From: Anthoceros angustus
Lineage: Eukaryota; Plantae; Anthocerotophyta
Length of the DNA stretch: 64,000 nt
Direction of reading: 5' to 3'
NCBI GenBank assembly: GCA_010909165.1
Contig: MU008162.1
Coordinates: 372,001 to 436,000 of the forward strand
Shown here: in pieces, positions 25,630 to 38,007 of the stretch
How the letters are laid out: each line of letters starts with the position of its first letter
Position numbering within the stretch: the stretch's first letter is position 1
Notes under the pieces: model-generated
What the model saw: only the letters and a program-made list of their open reading frames with translations
Databases searched by the model: none
Told to the model about the DNA's origin: nothing
Made by a program: the position numbers and the translations under genes

Positions 25630-25879
25630 TCGAAGTGAGTGAAACAACAAAGCCGGGGCCGTGGAACGGAGACAGAACGGGAACAGACCCCTGGACTCCC
25701 GCCCGCGTTCCTTTCCGAAGTGCAGCTGCTTGTGGCGTTCTGCTGGCATGCTGCTACAAGTTTGAAGCAGTTTGCGAGTACTTCTGGCCCGGTATTGGCT
25801 GTGGCGTGGGTTGTGAACGTCTCTCATATTCTCGCTTGGTTAGTCGGCTGGGAAGCAGGGGTGCAGTTTTGTGGGAGCC

Positions 25880-28800
25880 ATGGAGCTCCCCGAGGACATC
25901 CAGCAGGTGTGCTTGTTTTGCAAAGCAAAGCAGCAGTGGTGGGATTTTTATCTTCTTTCGTGGTTACCAGAAACGGGGACTGGAAGCAAGCCTTTTTGCT
26001 GCGAGTGGTTCGAGATTCATTGTTTCAATTGTCGTGTGCAGAAGGCCAAGGTGTTAATGGTCGGGGCTGGTGGAATTGGCTGTGAACTTCTCAAGACTTT
26101 GGTTCTCACGGGAATCAGAGACATACATTTGGTAGGGACTTTTGTGTTGCTGCTGTGCCGTGGGGATGCGCGAATTAGGTTAAATTGTGAGCGTTTGTTG
26201 TGAAGTGTTGTGGAAGTGTAGTTCTGTTGCAGAGTGGAGTCCACGTTAGACTCTGAATCTGTTTTGCCTGTTTCTTGCAGATTGACATGGACACGATAGA
26301 AGTCAGCAATCTGAATAGGCAGTTCCTGTTCCGGAAGAAGCATGTGGGACAGTCTAAAGCTAAGGTGCGTCTTGTGGATTCCCCCTTTTTTTTTTGTAAG
26401 TAGGACACCTGTTGCCAGGTAGTCCAGCTGGCAGATGGTAGCATTGTAGTGCTAATGGTTTTGTGCTGTGGCATGATGGATTAGTTTTGCATTTTTGACA
26501 AATGCTCATGAGCTGATTATTACAGGTTGCTCGTGAGGCGGTGTTGAAGTTCAGACCCGGTGTCAACATTGTTGCTCACCATGCAAATGTGAAGGATCCG
26601 GAGTTTGATGTGGAGTTTTTCCGGCAATTCAACGTTGTGCTCAATGGCTTGGACAATTTGGATGCCCGCCGTCACGTGAATAGACTATGCTTGGCTGCAG
26701 GCGTGCCCCTGGTTGAGAGTGGAACAACTGGCTACCTGGGACAGGTGGATTTCCAATTGTTCACCGCACTATTTGATCTGTTTGCTGGTACTGAGGAGGT
26801 TTGCACAGTGTCCTGGTCGGGGAGCACCTGGAATTTCGGATGTGCACTGTCAGGGTCTTTTTGATTCAGCCATTAATCGTTTGCTGTACCCAAGCAACTT
26901 GTGTTGCTGAGTTGTGAGGTAGGTTGATGGGGTGTCCTGCCAGGCGTGGATTTGGTATCAGAAGCTCAATTTGTGCTTCCGATGTGCAAAGAATTGAGAC
27001 GCCAGCCATGGTTAATGCAGGTGACTGTTCACATCAAGGGACGGACAGAGTGCTATGAATGTCAGCCCAAGCCTGCACCTAAAACTTATCCTATATGCAC
27101 AATCACGAGCACACCGTCACAGGTTTGTAGGTTTGGTTACCAGGTATTTAGTGGTAGCCAACTTCTCAGACTGAGTTGCTGACTCGTGTAAGTTTTCTGC
27201 AGCCAGTGCACTGCATAGTCTGGGCTAAAGAGCTCCCATTTGTGAAGCTCTTTGGTGACAAGAGTCAAGCTAATGACCTTATCCTCCATTCACAAGGTAG
27301 TGATGCTGCCAAGGATCAAGCACAGGTAGAGCCTCTGGAGTTGCAGGAAGGTGAGGACGCTCGAAGTTTTGCGAGAAGAGTTTTTAACTCTTTGTTCGGT
27401 CACAACATTGAGGTTGCTCTTAAGAATGAGGATGCTTGGAAACATAGACGGGCCCCAGAGCCTCTTTTCATTGACAACATTTGGCCTGCGTCAAAGGACA
27501 CTGAAGAAGGTGACAGTAGGAGCATTCCTTCAATGGAAACAGTATCTGCTGCTGCTGGATTAGGATATAAAAATCCTCAAGAAGTATGGACTGTGGCACA
27601 AAATGCCAGGGTGTTTCTTGAGTCAGTGCGACTCTTTTTGGAGTATAGGACGAAGGTTTGCCATCTTCCTTTGCCAGCCACCAGCTTGTCTTGTTCCCAA
27701 GACCTGGTGGGTGTATGTTTGTATCAGCACCTGGGGTTGTCAGGAGGCATCTGATGTTTCGTCGATGTGTTGACAGGATATTGGAACTCTGCATTTTGAC
27801 AAGGATGATCAGCTTGCTGTCGAATTCGTGACTGCTGCTGCAAATCTGAGGGCCCACTGCTTTGGAATCCCACTGCAGAGTCTGTTTGATGCCAAGGGCA
27901 TTGCTGGGAATATTATTCATGCTATTGCTACTACAAATGCCATCATTGCTGGCCTGATTGTTCTTGAAGCCATAAAGCTCCTCACAAATGACATTGAGAA
28001 CTGCAGGTGCTGCAAATCTTTCTCTGTCCACCGGTTGTCTGTGTGATATCTTATCGTCGTTGAAAGTTGAGTGCTAGATGTTCCGGCATTTCTTCTTTAG
28101 TAAGCGCCTTGCCACTTGCAGAATGACGTACTGCCTGGAACATGCCAACGCGAGGAAGCTGCTGCTGTACCCAGTGGAGCCTGCGGAAGCAAATGTGGCG
28201 TGCTACGTCTGTTCAGAGGTGATACACTCTCTTTGCATGAGATGACTTAACAGAAGTGTTTGAGAGTTAGCTTGTTGCTGACTTTCGTTCTCTCTAGGCA
28301 GTGTTATTTCTGGAGGTGAATACTTCAAAAGCCACCCTGCGTGAGGTGATTCAGAAAATCCTCAAGCGCAAGCTCGGAGTAAACTCTCCGGTAGTAATGC
28401 AAGACAGCAGTCTCTTGTATGAGACTGGTGACGACTTAGAAGCTGACATGGTTGTACATTATTCTCAAAATCTGGACAAGGTGCACTTTGGAGGCAATTT
28501 TATCTTTCCTGAGCTCTGTTTCACTGACTTGGAGTTATCTGTTGCTCTAAATTACTACAGTGTGGTTTCATGCTTCCCATTTTGTTGTCTTCAAATTGAC
28601 TATCTCACTCTGGATGTTAGGTTCTCTCTACGTTCCCAAACCCTATCGTCAACGGGACTGTGATCTCCGTCGAAGACCTGCAACAAGAGTTCAGATGTAG
28701 CATAGAAGTGAAGCACAGGTTCTAACCTCAACTCCCCGTAACCTTGCCGGTAGCCAGATGGGTTCTTTCACACTGTCTTCCGCCTAGTTGCCTCATTCCT

Positions 28801-29080
28801 AACCTTCCACTACACGTGCAGGGAAACCTTTGACGAAGAAAAGGAACCAGATGGGATGGTGTTATCCGGGGACATACCGACCAACCCTCCTGCTGCAGTT
28901 CCCGTACACACAGTGTCCACGCTTCTCGCTGTGCAGGATGACCATGACTTGGTTATGTCAGAAGCCCCAGTAACCACGAAGAGAAAACACATGGAAATCA
29001 TGGATGGAGTAGCAGGAAGCATGGATGAAGAAGCATATCCTCCCGTAAGCCAGAAAAGGACAAGGTTAAGTATCGACTGA
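25880..29080 (+). CDS. SAE2: SUMO-activating enzyme subunit 2 (multi-exon)
   Basis: MELPEDIQQ|[69 protein letters not shown] (catalytic Cys), AFDKDD..AVEFV and [13 protein letters not shown]; ends with NLS-like KRK..QKRTRL. Confidence 0.93.
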
Positions 29081-29191
29081 TTCCGACGCCCACTGCTGCT
29101 GGAGTCTGACAACAGCTAACTAACCTGCCAACCCACATAGGTGTAACAGCTTGGATCGATACCCCGCCGGAGACTTTATAAATCCTGTTCT

Positions 29192-30415
29192 TTAAACGGG
29201 AAGAAATACAGCTTCCCGCAGGCCAAACGTCTTCTTGTTCCAGCCCAGTCCAACCAGAAAATTGACGTAAACTCGTCCGTCCTTAACGGCGGCGGCGCTG
29301 GCGTAACGGTACAGCGGGCCCCTGTACCGTTTCGTCAGCAAAGCCGTCTCCCAGCCGTCGTTGCTCTCCAGCAAGTGCACCCCGGCTATGCCAGCCACAG
29401 CAAGCTTCTGATCCGAAGCCAAAGCGAGCCCGTCGGACCAAAAAGCCCGCTTGCCCGCCCGCACAGGCTTCACCGAGCTTCCGTCGGGAGCTACCTTGAA
29501 AATGACCCCGGCCCAGGTGTGCGCCACCAGCAGAAATCCGTCGGGATGGTAACGGATTCCGTTCAATCCGACCAGGTTGAACGGCAGCTGGTTCCCTTGG
29601 GATGTGAAGACTGGGCTGGAGATCTCCGGCAGCACCTTGCCTGTCAAATCCACTCTGTAAATCACGTTGGCCTCGCCGTCTGTCACATAGGCCGTGCCTC
29701 CCGTATCCAAAGTCACATCGTCCGCAAGGCCGCTCCGATCTGAGAAAGCAACGCACAATCTGATTATGGAATTGGTTGGATCCGATGCAAAAATTCAAAA
29801 CCTATCGGATCCGGTGTAGACATGGTAAGAGTGGAATTGTTTGGAACTGGTCGAGGGTTTGGAGCTTTTTTGGATCACAGGAGGAGGGACTGACCGGGGC
29901 CGTAGAGCGTGGTGAGGAAGATGCGGCTCCAGGAGCGGGTGTCGTAGGCGGCCAGGGCGCCGTACGACTTGGTGACGAGATCGGCGTAGACTACGAGCAG
30001 GCGGTGGCGTTGTTCGTCTAAGTGGAGTCCCAGGCTGGCGTACTTGCTCACCTCCTGGTCCTGCAGAATGAGCTCATCCTGCGTGGCGTTGAAAGGGAGC
30101 TGCATTCAAGGTGCGGGAACATTATGGTACAATCTCTTTGGCTGGAGAAGAGGACGGCAAGGCAACGGGATTAGCCTGTACAGATAGACGGAGATGGCTT
30201 GTTACCTGCGTGATGCCTCCTTTCATGTCACTGAGCAGGAATCGCTGTCCCTGGGAATCCCACACTATGCTTTCTCTGCTCCATCCTCCGGCCCCGTTGT
30301 GGTAGTCCAGAATTTGTCCTTCTGGCCCGCTGCTCAGAAACAGAATGCCTAAGGCGGATACCACAACTGCCACAAGGGCCACCACGACCGCGATGCTGAT
30401 CCTCGACAAGGCCAT
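29192..30415 (-). CDS. SMP-30/gluconolactonase-like beta-propeller (Ca-dependent phosphotriesterase superfamily), 3 exons
   Basis: N-terminal signal/TM; RESIVWD..QRFLLS; ASLGLHLD...RLLVVYAD; LADDVTLD..GTAYVTD; VGLNGIRYHPDGFLLV; GT-AG junctions join in frame. Confidence 0.85.
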
Positions 30416-31019
30416 GTTCGTCAGACAAGTGTGACACCGCCTATCGTGTATACTACAAGTTTGCTACGTACGAGCTCGCCAACCTCTGTCCACAAACTTC
30501 ATGCAATTAATTATACGTTGTGCAATTAGCTTGATTGTGGCAAAGATCTGGACATGGATGGCGGCTCGAGATGCTGAACAGGATAGCGCCGTGTCTCGAA
30601 GCGGCATGGTGCTCGGCACAGTGGTTTCCAGGAGTCCCACCGGATCCCTTCTGTTCCGGCTGTCGATGCTTGCCACTGTGGTGTGACCCCATTGCCGGCC
30701 GGCCGGGCCAGTATCAGCATTTTTCGGTGATGTCCAACTATTTATGACGTAGCCATGACAGGTATCTGGGAAGACTCATGTCGCTGGAGATTTGCCTCTT
30801 GGGGAGTACACCGATTCCATTCTCCATCTGAGGCGGCCACTGGAACGCCTCGAACCTCGAGGAGCTAAAGTAACAAGAGCGAGAGCCGTTGAGAACAGGC
30901 CGAGGAGTTCCGTTGCACTCTATCCACAGTTTTTGGCGCAGGTTCTCTCATTGAATGTTTGCGTAAACGAAATTTAGCACAGTTTTATCATGGACTCAAA
31001 GACTGTATTTGTTTATGTT

Positions 31020-32919
31020 TCAACCATGCTGCCAGTACCAATTGTTCTTCCCAGGGTACCCCAACTGATCCAGGGCTTCCACCTCGTCTTCGGTAAGCCT
31101 CCACCCTAGTGCTCCTGCATTCTCCTCAGCCTGATGCATTCCAAGAATTTAACAGTTTAACAACAGAGACGAACGGAACAGTCTGTGAAATGGAAACATG
31201 ATACCAAAGGGGAGGAAGGTGGGGCATCGACCTGCTTCGCATTCTTCGCACCTGGTATGGGAATGGTACCTTTACATCTGGAAAAGGAGTTGCAGTGCAT
31301 GAGTATCTTTGAAAACGTTTAAGAAAGGACCTACGGCACTCGGTACTTACATGCACCAGTTGAGGGCAACTTGGCTTATGGTCTTGCCATGATGGCTCCC
31401 TATTGTCCTCATCTTCTCCAACAAGGGCTCTACGTCCTTAATTGGGATCTTGCCAAAATACCTGTTGTCCGGAGGCGGGTTTGCCACAGAATACTTGCCT
31501 GCAAGGAAGTAAAAGACAAAAAGATTGAGGCAGAGTTTCAGGACATCACCATCAGTGAGCGAGTGTGAAGCACATTACGTACCGGTGAGGCGCCCCATCC
31601 CCAGGGGTGAGTAGGCCAATGTTGCGATTCCAAGCTGGGTACATGTATCTATCAAACCATCCAAGTCTGGTAGCATTCTTAGCAAAGAGAATTCGACCTG
31701 CATGAGGTTATGAGCGAGCACTATGAGCAAGGGTCGGCCACAATTAGTAAAAGTTGAGAAGAGCTGGAGGTGGGGATGGGTAAGGCTCGAACCTGGTTTG
31801 AAACAAGTGGAACATTCCGTTTCCTTAAAACTTTATAAGCACGTTGGATCTCATTCTGATTGAAGTTCGAAACTCCAACTGCACACCATCCACCCACAAA
31901 GCAGTCAATCATCCTGACTTGACGAAACAAGCACAATAATGTCCAGCTCATCAATCTTACTGATCTGCCCCACCTGACTTTGTGAGACCTGCATGATACA
32001 CATCGGCAAGGCCATGACAGAGATGTTCGACGGGCCTTATTGACAATGCTGGGCCATGAATCTGCCATAACGTGAGTCAATGACAGATGCCATGCGTCAC
32101 CCTTTCACAAACCTCTCAAAACATACGCTGCACCTTCACAAATGAGACGCAGACACCAGTTGCGAGTACCTGGAAAAGATCCACCTTCTCCAATCCTAGT
32201 CTGTTCAGGCTTTCCTTCAAGGACTGACGCATTGTCTTGCGAGGACTGAGATGCCACGGTAGAGGGCAATACTTGGTGGCAATAACCAAACTGCTCCTCT
32301 CTTCTGTAGACAAAGATTTGATGAATTTGCCCACCAACCTCTCAGATTCGCCTGCACCAAATCCGCTCACACATGAGACACTGCCAAAGCTACTCTGCAA
32401 AAACCCACAGCTCTGCTGCAACTCCATATCAAGACCTCCAAAATACATCAGCATCCTGCACTCATCATGGTCAAAAATCATTTAGGTACCCTTTCCATAA
32501 CGCTCAGCGGTGTCGATCACATGAACACCCAACGCCAAAGACCTCCGGAAAGCCGCTTCCACCGCAGCCTCATTCAACTCTTTGTCGTAGCCTCCATACC
32601 CCCACATTTTCCTGCCACAAAAATATCCTGGCTCAATTCTGTACGAACCAGAGGCTATGAAGTACACAGCTCCTGTCCTGTGCGCAGCATCTGCTAACGC
32701 CCAGGCAGGCTTCTGGACTCTCAGACAACACGCCATCGAGCGATGCCACAGAACATACTTGTCTCCCCAGGCCCAGGTGCCGACGCCCATTAAATGCCCT
32801 TTCAAGACATTGAAGGCTGTCTGCTCCGCCCGCAACTTCTCCCCTTCCTCAGAAGAGGTAGATGCGGAGGAGGAGGAAGAGGAAGAAGAAGACGTCGCCT
32901 CCTGCTGCGGGGTAGCCAT
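31020..32919 (-). CDS. Aldo-keto reductase (PLR1/At1g06690-related superfamily), multi-exon
   Basis: MGVGTWAWGD, IDTAERYG (catalytic Asp/Tyr), VIATK, QIHGP, VGVSNF, SNQVEFSLL, LAYSPLGMGRLTGKY, IPIPGAKN and ALGWRL..; ends NNWYWQHG*. An upstream N-terminal exon is possible. Confidence 0.88.
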
Positions 32920-33990
32920 GGCGCAGCAAACCAAAACCGCCCGCCAGAGCCCACCAGCTGAAAATGTGCCACCTTTCCTCTACAGCTGCCTCACCGCCGA
33001 ATCCATAGATCCAACATCCAAGCAGAAGAGCAGGATGGACGCCTTGCCTGCTCTAGGACGCCTGTGCGCTTGCGGATCACACTCTGCATCTGTCGTGCAT
33101 TACAGCGGTGAAGGTGGAGCAGAGCAAATCATTCCTGATGTTCCCTGCAGGAACATATGATTGCGCCTGTACCACGGTTGCCGCTCCCAAAGCCCACAGG
33201 TGGGTCTGTGTCCGATGTGGGGCCACGTCGGAAGTGGACTCCTCCAGCTGGCTGCTGCTGGCCGACGCGCCTGCCACGCCAAGTCCCAACACTGTTGAAC
33301 CAACCCGTTGGTGACCCGCTACCGTCCAGTCTGCCGTCCAACAATTTGCACACAGTACGTGACACGATCGCCACTTCCGAGCTTGGAACAGAGATCCCAA
33401 AAATTTCAAGCCGTTTGGAGACTTTGGCAACTCAGGGCACTGGACACTGGTGGTCGCAACCCGCCAAGGAAGCCCACATCTGTGAACGCTGAACTGGTTT
33501 GACCTCTGAGCTGACGCCTGTCAGGAGTTCAAGCTTTTGGGCTTTGTGATGGTACGGTGGAATGTGCCCGTCTCGGCTTAGAATTGACGGCACTTGGTGC
33601 TGCACATGTCAAACAAAAATGAGGTCTTGTCAAGTACCAGTTCCGAAGGCTGATGCGCATTTTCATAGAAATCCTCAGAAAATTTGCGACGACAGCCTTG
33701 GGGATCGTGTCAGGTGCGACAGTTGTAGCAGGACTTGCCTAGAGTGCAACTGCGAAATCCACACAGGAGGGAATTCCACCCTAGGAGGCTTTGCCTATCT
33801 CCGACCTACTCCATCTCAGGCTGAATTGTCTGGAAGGTGGAAGATGCCCCTGTGCTCCATTACCTTGGCTGCATTTCCCCCATCTCTACGACATGACAAA
33901 CAGTTCCATCGCGCCACAGCCAAACACACATGCGCACATAATCAGCACCATATGGAAGATGCAAACATGAAATGACCACTGACTATACTC

Positions 33991-34687
33991 CTGGACAAGG
34001 CTACAAAAAACAAGAGGAGGAGTGGCAAGCTTGAGAGACACCAATCGAAGTCTCGACGGGAGACAGATCTGACTGGGATGAAGTATGTGAGTCTGTTGCG
34101 AAAAACAAACTTCGTCCTTATCTGAGCAAATCGAAGATGGACATACAAAGCTAGAAAGTGACAGCATCCTTGGAAAGGGTTTACTGCAAAGACATACATG
34201 ATTACAAGTCACTCATGCGAGAGCCATGATCCAGTGAGCCATTCTTGAGGAGCATCAGCGCAAAAAGCCTCCGAGATCAGGGTTCGATGCATGTCACGTG
34301 TCGTCATGGGCATCTAAGCAAGGGCGAATTGCAAACCCATTACCAGCCATGTGAAAAGCGATAAAACCTCAACAAGCCTGTGTCTCCCTGCTATGTGTCG
34401 TCTTGATCATCTGACCACGCACACCAAGCATTCTTTACTTCCACAAATCACCCCAACTTGTGCACACCACAAACGCACTGCTCTTCACAGACATCACAGC
34501 CAGCAAGGCAAGGAGAAGACCCAAGTCCAGCACAACGCATGGCGTTGAAGAAAAATGCTATACAGACACTGCCAAGCATTGAAGCATTGACATTACAAAG
34601 TCACAAAGATGTGGTCCAGAATGAGAACATGCTCATCTCTCATGCTCATCATCTGGCCAACATCACCCTACACAACAAAATTGGACT
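33991..34687 (+). repeat. ~700-bp segment duplicated in inverted orientation at 44478-45164
   Basis: Shared blocks include CATCTAAGCAAGGGCGAATTGCAAACCC, CAGCCATGTGAAAAGCGAT and AATGCTATACAGA..CTGCCAAGCATTGAAGCATTGACATTACAAAGTC, reverse-complemented in the second copy. Confidence 0.9.
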
Positions 34688-35080
34688 GGGAGGTGCACTA
34701 ATACGCTGCTTCCTCAGATATACAGCTAATCTGGCTCTGATGATAAACGGGTAGGCTTCCTCACCCTTTCGGGGCTTTCTAGATATCCTCAGAAAGCCAC
34801 GACCCTGCACTCGCATCATAGTTAACCCAATCAATTATCATCACAGAGCCAAGTGCCTGCACTTGAACCAAATTTCATATGTCAATTGCCAGAAAACTAC
34901 CAATCCATCAACCACCAGCCTACCAACCAAGCACGCAGGCCGCATTCAGCACCGACATCAACTGGACGAATGTCACTCACACAATCACAAACCACCAGAC
35001 CACACCACGCCACACCAATCCACAGGAATAATTCAGCACAAACTAGGGCAACAAAATCTCACCCCAAAGCTTCCGAACCA

Positions 35081-35428
35081 CTACCGATCTGGAGAAGAAT
35101 GGCAGAGCGTACCCTGAAGAAGAGGAGCCGAGAAGGAGCTGGTACTCAGCCTTGACACCAGCCGGGCAGTGGCCATGGCGGTGTGCAGCGGCAGCAGGGA
35201 CTGCGCACATGCGATCCGCGGCACAGATGACCTCCTGGACCGGAAACAGGAAGCTCCAACACCAGCATTCGCGGAGGAGAACTCAGAAGCGGCCGCAGCC
35301 CGACCAGTCGAGATGCCTGGGGCCTGGGACTCTACTCTAATCAACGAGTGCGCAGCTCTGCTAGATTGGCACGATCTCGCCACAGACACAAACGACCTCC
35401 GAGCCGCCCTGCCCACCACGCCCGCCAT
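35081..35428 (-). CDS. NFD6: NUCLEAR FUSION DEFECTIVE 6-like small organellar protein
   Basis: Arg/Ser/Ala-rich presequence followed by CAQSLLPLHTAMATARLVSRLS...LLQGTLCHSSP, matching the NFD6 core SLLPLHxAxAxARLxS. An alternative spliced C-terminus via the G|GTACGC donor is possible. Confidence 0.75.
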   Translation of the reverse strand: MAGVVGRAARRSFVSVARSCQSSRAAHSLIRVESQAPGISTGRAAAASEFSSANAGVGASCFRSRRSSVPRIACAQSLLPLHTAMATARLVSRLSTSSFSAPLLQGTLCHSSPDR

Positions 35429-35538
35429 GGATTGTGCGAATTGCAGCTCCTGCGAAGCGAATCAGATGAATTTCCGTCTGTTTTGCCTCTTCCCGTTCCG
35501 CTCTCTGGCTCTGTGGATTCTGGACTCCGCTCTTCTCC

Positions 35539-35547
35539 AAACCCTAA
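35539..35547. promoter_or_regulatory. Telo-box (AAACCCTAA) upstream of the NFD6-like gene
   Basis: Exact AAACCCTAA about 110 bp upstream of the ATG. Confidence 0.35.
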
Positions 35548-35626
35548 ACCCCAGCCCTACTGCTGGGACGCAAGCAAGCTAAAGTGCGTTTTGCGGAAGC
35601 TGGCCTTAAAGCACTAGCCTCGAAAA

Positions 35627-37732
35627 TTAGCTGCTGGAGTCCATGACGAGCAATTCTCTTGAATCTTGAGGACCCTCCATGAAGGGCAGAGATCCATCTG
35701 AGGATTCTAAGACATGCATCTCCCTTCGCATGTCTGCACATAGCTCTTCTATTCTCCTCAGAACTGCTTCACTTTCCTCGTGCTGCCCATCTCCTGCCAC
35801 GAACGTGTGCACCTTCTGCTCGAGCTCAATCCAGCTCTGCCCTCGCTCCTTCCATGCACCGGCTTGCTTTCTCTGCTGGTCCACCTGGATGGCGCAGTCC
35901 CACATGCCAGCTCGGGCATAGATGTTGGACATGAGCACGTAGGCAGAAGCGTGTTGTGGCTGTAGACGGACTGCACAGTCGAAGGCCTGTCTCCCGAGAG
36001 TGACGTCCTCGTGCTTCCGGCAAGCACCAAGTAAAGACAACCACATTGCTGCGTCAGGCTGCATGGGCATTTGCAGGAGCAGGTGCTGTGCCTGGGTCAA
36101 GAGGCCTGCTCGGCCCAACAGGTCGATGACGCAGGCATAATGCTCCAGAGCAGCAGGGATGTGATGGACCTCGCTCATGGATGCAAAAAACTCCAGCCCT
36201 GCGTCCACCATGCCACCATGACTGCAGGCGGAGAGGAGGGCAAGGAATGTGATTCCATCTGGGCTTGTGCCTTGCCGGCGCATCTGATCAAAGGAATGCA
36301 CACACATTTCTGGTAATCCTTGACTGGCATACCCAGCGATCAGTGCGTTCCAGGATACCACATCAGGCTGGGGCAGTGAGTCGAACACAACCTGCGCGTC
36401 CACCATGCTCCCACATTTGCTGTAAGCGTGAATAAGTGAGTTTGCCAAACAGAGGCTGTTGAATCCACTGCCCAGTATACTGCGATGGACCTGACTGCAG
36501 GTATGGAGGCTGCCGGTAGTGCTGCACGCTCTGAGGACGCACAGATATGTTGTCTCATCTGGTTTGAAAGACTCTGCTTGCATCCGAGCATACAGTCCAA
36601 GCGCCTTTTCTCCTTGGTCCTGGTGAGCATAGCCGGCAATCATCGCTGTCCATGACACAACATCCCGCCGAGACTGCCCTTCGAACACTTGGTGGGCATC
36701 TAAAATGCTCCCACACTTCGAATACATACTCACCAGAGTGCTGCTTACAAATTTATCCGATGCATAACCCTGTTGAGCAGATTCAGCATGAACTGCCTTC
36801 CCCCTCTGCAGACTCCCTAATTTAACAGACTCCCCATCCACCGAAATGCTCTCCTCACTTTCTGCAAGGATGACACAAGCCTGCAGCAGAGCTAAACACG
36901 TGCGATCATCCGGCCTTACACCTGCCTCTTGCATTCTGCGATAAAGCTGGAAAACCCTCTCTCCTTGTCCATGTTGAGCATATCCTGCCAGCATCGCGTT
37001 CCAAGACACCACATTCCGGTGACACAATCTGTCAAACACCAGCTGTGCATCCCCTATGCTCCCACAGTTTGCATACATGTCCACCAGACTGGTGCCCACA
37101 TACAAGTCTGTCTCACATCCGTGCCTCATGACGTCAGCATGCATCAGAATGCCTTGTGCCAGGTCCCCCAAGTTGCCACATGCCTTAAGCAAGCCAAGAA
37201 AAGTGTGTCTGTTGGGCTGTATCCCTTCTTCCTCCTGCATCTGCTGGTACATTCTCAAAGCCTCTTTACATTTTCCTGCCTTGGTATATCCAGCAATTAT
37301 GGCCGTCCAAGAGTAAACAGTCCTCTTACCCAGCCTGTGGAAGACCTGGAGCGCATCTTCCAGGCCCCCGCAACTGACCAGCGTAATGACCACAGATTCA
37401 CCCAACTCGGGGTGCGAATCAAACCCACTTCGGACCAGGTGAGCATGCACTCGATTAGCCTCCAGAAGGACCTTCTTCCGTCGGCATGCGTGCAAGAGGT
37501 ACCTATATACTTCCACCGAAGACGGGCAACCCTGTTGATCAAAAGCATACAGAACATCTACTGCCCTGTGCAGCAATCCGGCGTCACATAGTTGTTTCAG
37601 CTGACACGGAGATGAGCATAAATTAGAATCCGGTAAGCAGCTGGAGGCCACAAAATTGCCACCATTCCATGTGCTCCTGCTGGTCACCTTGTCAGGAAGA
37701 GCAAAGCTCGGCTGCAACGTGTTTAAAGCCAT
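35627..37732 (-). CDS. PLS-class PPR protein with E/E+ extension and no DYW (organellar RNA-editing factor), intronless, 701 aa
   Basis: Repeated VVSW(N/T)AM/IIAGY, TF..LL.AC and LV.MY.KCG motifs; E domain YVLMSNIYARAG; E+ SWIE....HTFVAGD..H. Confidence 0.93.
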   Translation of the reverse strand: MALNTLQPSFALPDKVTSRSTWNGGNFVASSCLPDSNLCSSPCQLKQLCDAGLLHRAVDVLYAFDQQGCPSSVEVYRYLLHACRRKKVLLEANRVHAHLVRSGFDSHPELGESVVITLVSCGGLEDALQVFHRLGKRTVYSWTAIIAGYTKAGKCKEALRMYQQMQEEEGIQPNRHTFLGLLKACGNLGDLAQGILMHADVMRHGCETDLYVGTSLVDMYANCGSIGDAQLVFDRLCHRNVVSWNAMLAGYAQHGQGERVFQLYRRMQEAGVRPDDRTCLALLQACVILAESEESISVDGESVKLGSLQRGKAVHAESAQQGYASDKFVSSTLVSMYSKCGSILDAHQVFEGQSRRDVVSWTAMIAGYAHQDQGEKALGLYARMQAESFKPDETTYLCVLRACSTTGSLHTCSQVHRSILGSGFNSLCLANSLIHAYSKCGSMVDAQVVFDSLPQPDVVSWNALIAGYASQGLPEMCVHSFDQMRRQGTSPDGITFLALLSACSHGGMVDAGLEFFASMSEVHHIPAALEHYACVIDLLGRAGLLTQAQHLLLQMPMQPDAAMWLSLLGACRKHEDVTLGRQAFDCAVRLQPQHASAYVLMSNIYARAGMWDCAIQVDQQRKQAGAWKERGQSWIELEQKVHTFVAGDGQHEESEAVLRRIEELCADMRREMHVLESSDGSLPFMEGPQDSRELLVMDSSS

Positions 37733-37919
37733 CGGCGTGGTGGGAGTTTCTTGTTTACGGTCACGTCGTTTCTGTCGCGGATCTCATCTTGCAACCACCA
37801 CGGAAGGACGATGAAATACATGGTGAAAAGGTGTGCTCGTTATTCATACCAGAAAAAACCTGGCTCGGTAGTATACACAATTCGCACAATTACACAATAC
37901 ACCTCGTCAACTCTCATCT

Positions 37920-38007
37920 CAGAATATAGTGCTCGCCTGCTTCAGGAGCACCTTCTCCACAGTCAGAATACAGAGCTCGCCTGCTTCAGGAGCACCTTCT
38001 CCACAGT
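37920..38007. repeat. 44-bp tandem duplication upstream of the PPR gene
   Basis: CAGAATA(T/C)AG(T/A)GCTCGCCTGCTTCAGGAGCACCTTCTCCACAGT twice, at 37920 and 37964. Confidence 0.85.

Noticed and set aside
33562-33975. Cys-rich ORF with CDSC...CLECNCEIH resembling a B-box
   Set aside because: Cys/His spacing does not fit a complete B-box, and the ORF runs into the duplicated segment.
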